From sequence record OQ689735.1: 64,000 nt of DNA; one strand, given 5' to 3'. The DNA comes from Escherichia phage 4E10. The position numbers and the translations under genes are program-made. This document shows positions 62,537 to 64,000 of this stretch, piece by piece; position 1 is the stretch's first letter, and each line of letters starts with the position of its first letter. The notes beneath the pieces are model-generated. The model had not been told where the DNA came from and ran no database searches. It saw nothing but the letters and a program-made list of their open reading frames with translations.

Positions 62537-64000
62537 ATGACTTTATTATCTCCGGGCATTGAGCTCAAAGAAACTACGGTTCAAAGCACCGTGGTTAATA
62601 ACTCTACTGGTACAGCAGCTTTGGCCGGTAAATTCCAGTGGGGTCCTGCTTTTCAAATTAAACAGGTTACAAATGAAGTAGATTTAGTTAATACTTTTGG
62701 TCAACCTACAGCTGAAACTGCTGACTATTTTATGTCTGCAATGAATTTCTTACAATACGGAAATGATTTGCGAGTTGTGCGTGCTGTCGATAGAGATACC
62801 GCTAAAAACTCATCTCCGATTGCCGGTAATATTGAATACACTATTTCTACCCCAGGTAGTAACTACGCGGTTGGAGATAAAATCACGGTTAAGTATGTTT
62901 CAGAAGATGTTGAAACAGAATGTAAAGTTACCGAAGTAGATGCTGATGGAAAAATTAAGAAAATTAATATTCCTACCGCAAAAATTATCGCTAAAGCGAA
63001 AGAAGTAGGCGAATATCCAGCATTAGGTTCTAACTGGACCGCGGAAATTTCTTCGTCTTCATCTGGTTTAGCTGCAGTAATAACTCTTGGAAAAATTATT
63101 ACTGATTCTGGTATTTTATTAGCTGAAATTGAAAATGCCGAAGCTGCCATGACAGCTGTTGACTTTCAAGCAAATCTCGAAAAATATGGAATTCCAGGAG
63201 TAGTAGCTCTTTATCCAGGCGAGTTGGGCGATAAAATCGAAATTGAAATCGTATCTAAAGCTGACTACGCAAAAGGTGCTTCTGCATTACTTCCAATTTA
63301 TCCAGGCGGCGGAACACGCGCATCTACTGCCAAAGCAGTGTTTGGGTATGGACCACAAACTGATTCACAATACGCTATTATAGTTCGTCGCAATGATGCT
63401 ATTGTTCAAAGCGTTGTTCTTTCAACGAAGCGTGGTGAAAAAGATATTTACGATAGTAACATCTATATTGACGACTTTTTCGCAAAAGGTGGTTCAGAAT
63501 ATATTTTCGCAACTGCACAAAACTGGCCAGAAGGCTTCTCTGGAATTTTAACTCTGTCTGGTGGATTATCATCAAATGCTGAAGTAACAGCAGGAGATTT
63601 GATGGAAGCTTGGGACTTCTTTGCTGACCGTGAATCTGTTGATGTTCAGTTGTTTATTGCGGGTTCTTGTGCCGGTGAATCTTTAGAAACAGCATCTACT
63701 GTCCAAAAACACGTCGTTTCAATTGGGGATGCTCGCCAAGATTGCTTAGTACTGTGCTCGCCACCGCGTGAAACTGTAGTTGGAATTCCTGTAACTCGTG
63801 CTGTTGATAACTTAGTCAATTGGAGAACTGCAGCAGGTTCATACACTGATAATAACTTTAATATCAGTTCAACCTACGCAGCAATTGATGGTAACTACAA
63901 GTATCAGTATGACAAATATAATGATGTAAATCGTTGGGTTCCATTAGCAGCTGATATTGCTGGTTTATGCGCGAGAACCGATAACGTTTCTCAGACTTGG
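62537..64000 (+). CDS. 18: Tail sheath protein gp18, N-terminal part; continues beyond window end
   Basis: ATG at 62537 with AAGAGGA site; translates MTLLSPGIELKETTVQSTVVNNSTGTAALAGKFQWGPAF...; not in ORF track because truncated. Confidence 0.9.
   Translation, partial: MTLLSPGIELKETTVQSTVVNNSTGTAALAGKFQWGPAFQIKQVTNEVDLVNTFGQPTAETADYFMSAMNFLQYGNDLRVVRAVDRDTAKNSSPIAGNIEYTISTPGSNYAVGDKITVKYVSEDVETECKVTEVDADGKIKKINIPTAKIIAKAKEVGEYPALGSNWTAEISSSSSGLAAVITLGKIITDSGILLAEIENAEAAMTAVDFQANLEKYGIPGVVALYPGELGDKIEIEIVSKADYAKGASALLPIYPGGGTRASTAKAVFGYGPQTDSQYAIIVRRNDAIVQSVVLSTKRGEKDIYDSNIYIDDFFAKGGSEYIFATAQNWPEGFSGILTLSGGLSSNAEVTAGDLMEAWDFFADRESVDVQLFIAGSCAGESLETASTVQKHVVSIGDARQDCLVLCSPPRETVVGIPVTRAVDNLVNWRTAAGSYTDNNFNISSTYAAIDGNYKYQYDKYNDVNRWVPLAADIAGLCARTDNVSQTW

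Overview
This window is a segment of a T4-like (T-even, Tequatrovirus-type) myovirus genome, close to but not identical with T4. Positions 1-41929 are a dense early/middle region transcribed almost entirely on the minus strand: recombination nuclease 46/47, alpha-glucosyltransferase, late sigma factor gp55, the anaerobic ribonucleotide reductase genes nrdH/nrdG/nrdD, endonuclease VII, pin, nrdC, a roughly 11-kb block of uncharacterised genes between nrdC and rI, then rI, tk, regB, a GrcA-like glycyl-radical cofactor, denV, lysozyme e, nudE, an 11-tRNA cluster, ipI, 57B/57A and genes 1, 3, 2, 4. Positions 41977-64000 are the plus-strand late structural module: baseplate genes 53, 5, 5.1, 5.4, 6-12, then wac, 13-15, terminase 16/17 and the start of sheath gene 18. 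Repeated early promoters (GTTTAC -35 with TGnTAcTAT-type -10), TATAAATA late promoters, one MotA-box middle promoter and UUCG-tetraloop terminators are visible. Gene identities rest on recalled T4 protein sequences and motifs, not on a database search. CDS coordinates come from the ORF track with starts trimmed where a clear ATG/GTG plus ribosome-binding site was seen; tRNA, promoter and terminator coordinates were derived by hand and may be off by a few bp. The most interesting unexplained content is the nrdC-rI block: four tandem divergent paralogs with C-terminal coiled coils (13044-17000), next to membrane proteins, an AAA+ ATPase and a Pol-beta-type nucleotidyltransferase (17008-20562). 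Other notable items are a macro-domain protein, three tRNAs (His, Asn, Tyr) that I do not recall in T4, an ORF-free tRNA-like RNA locus, and a capsid-targeting-sequence gene flanked by perfect 36-bp direct repeats.
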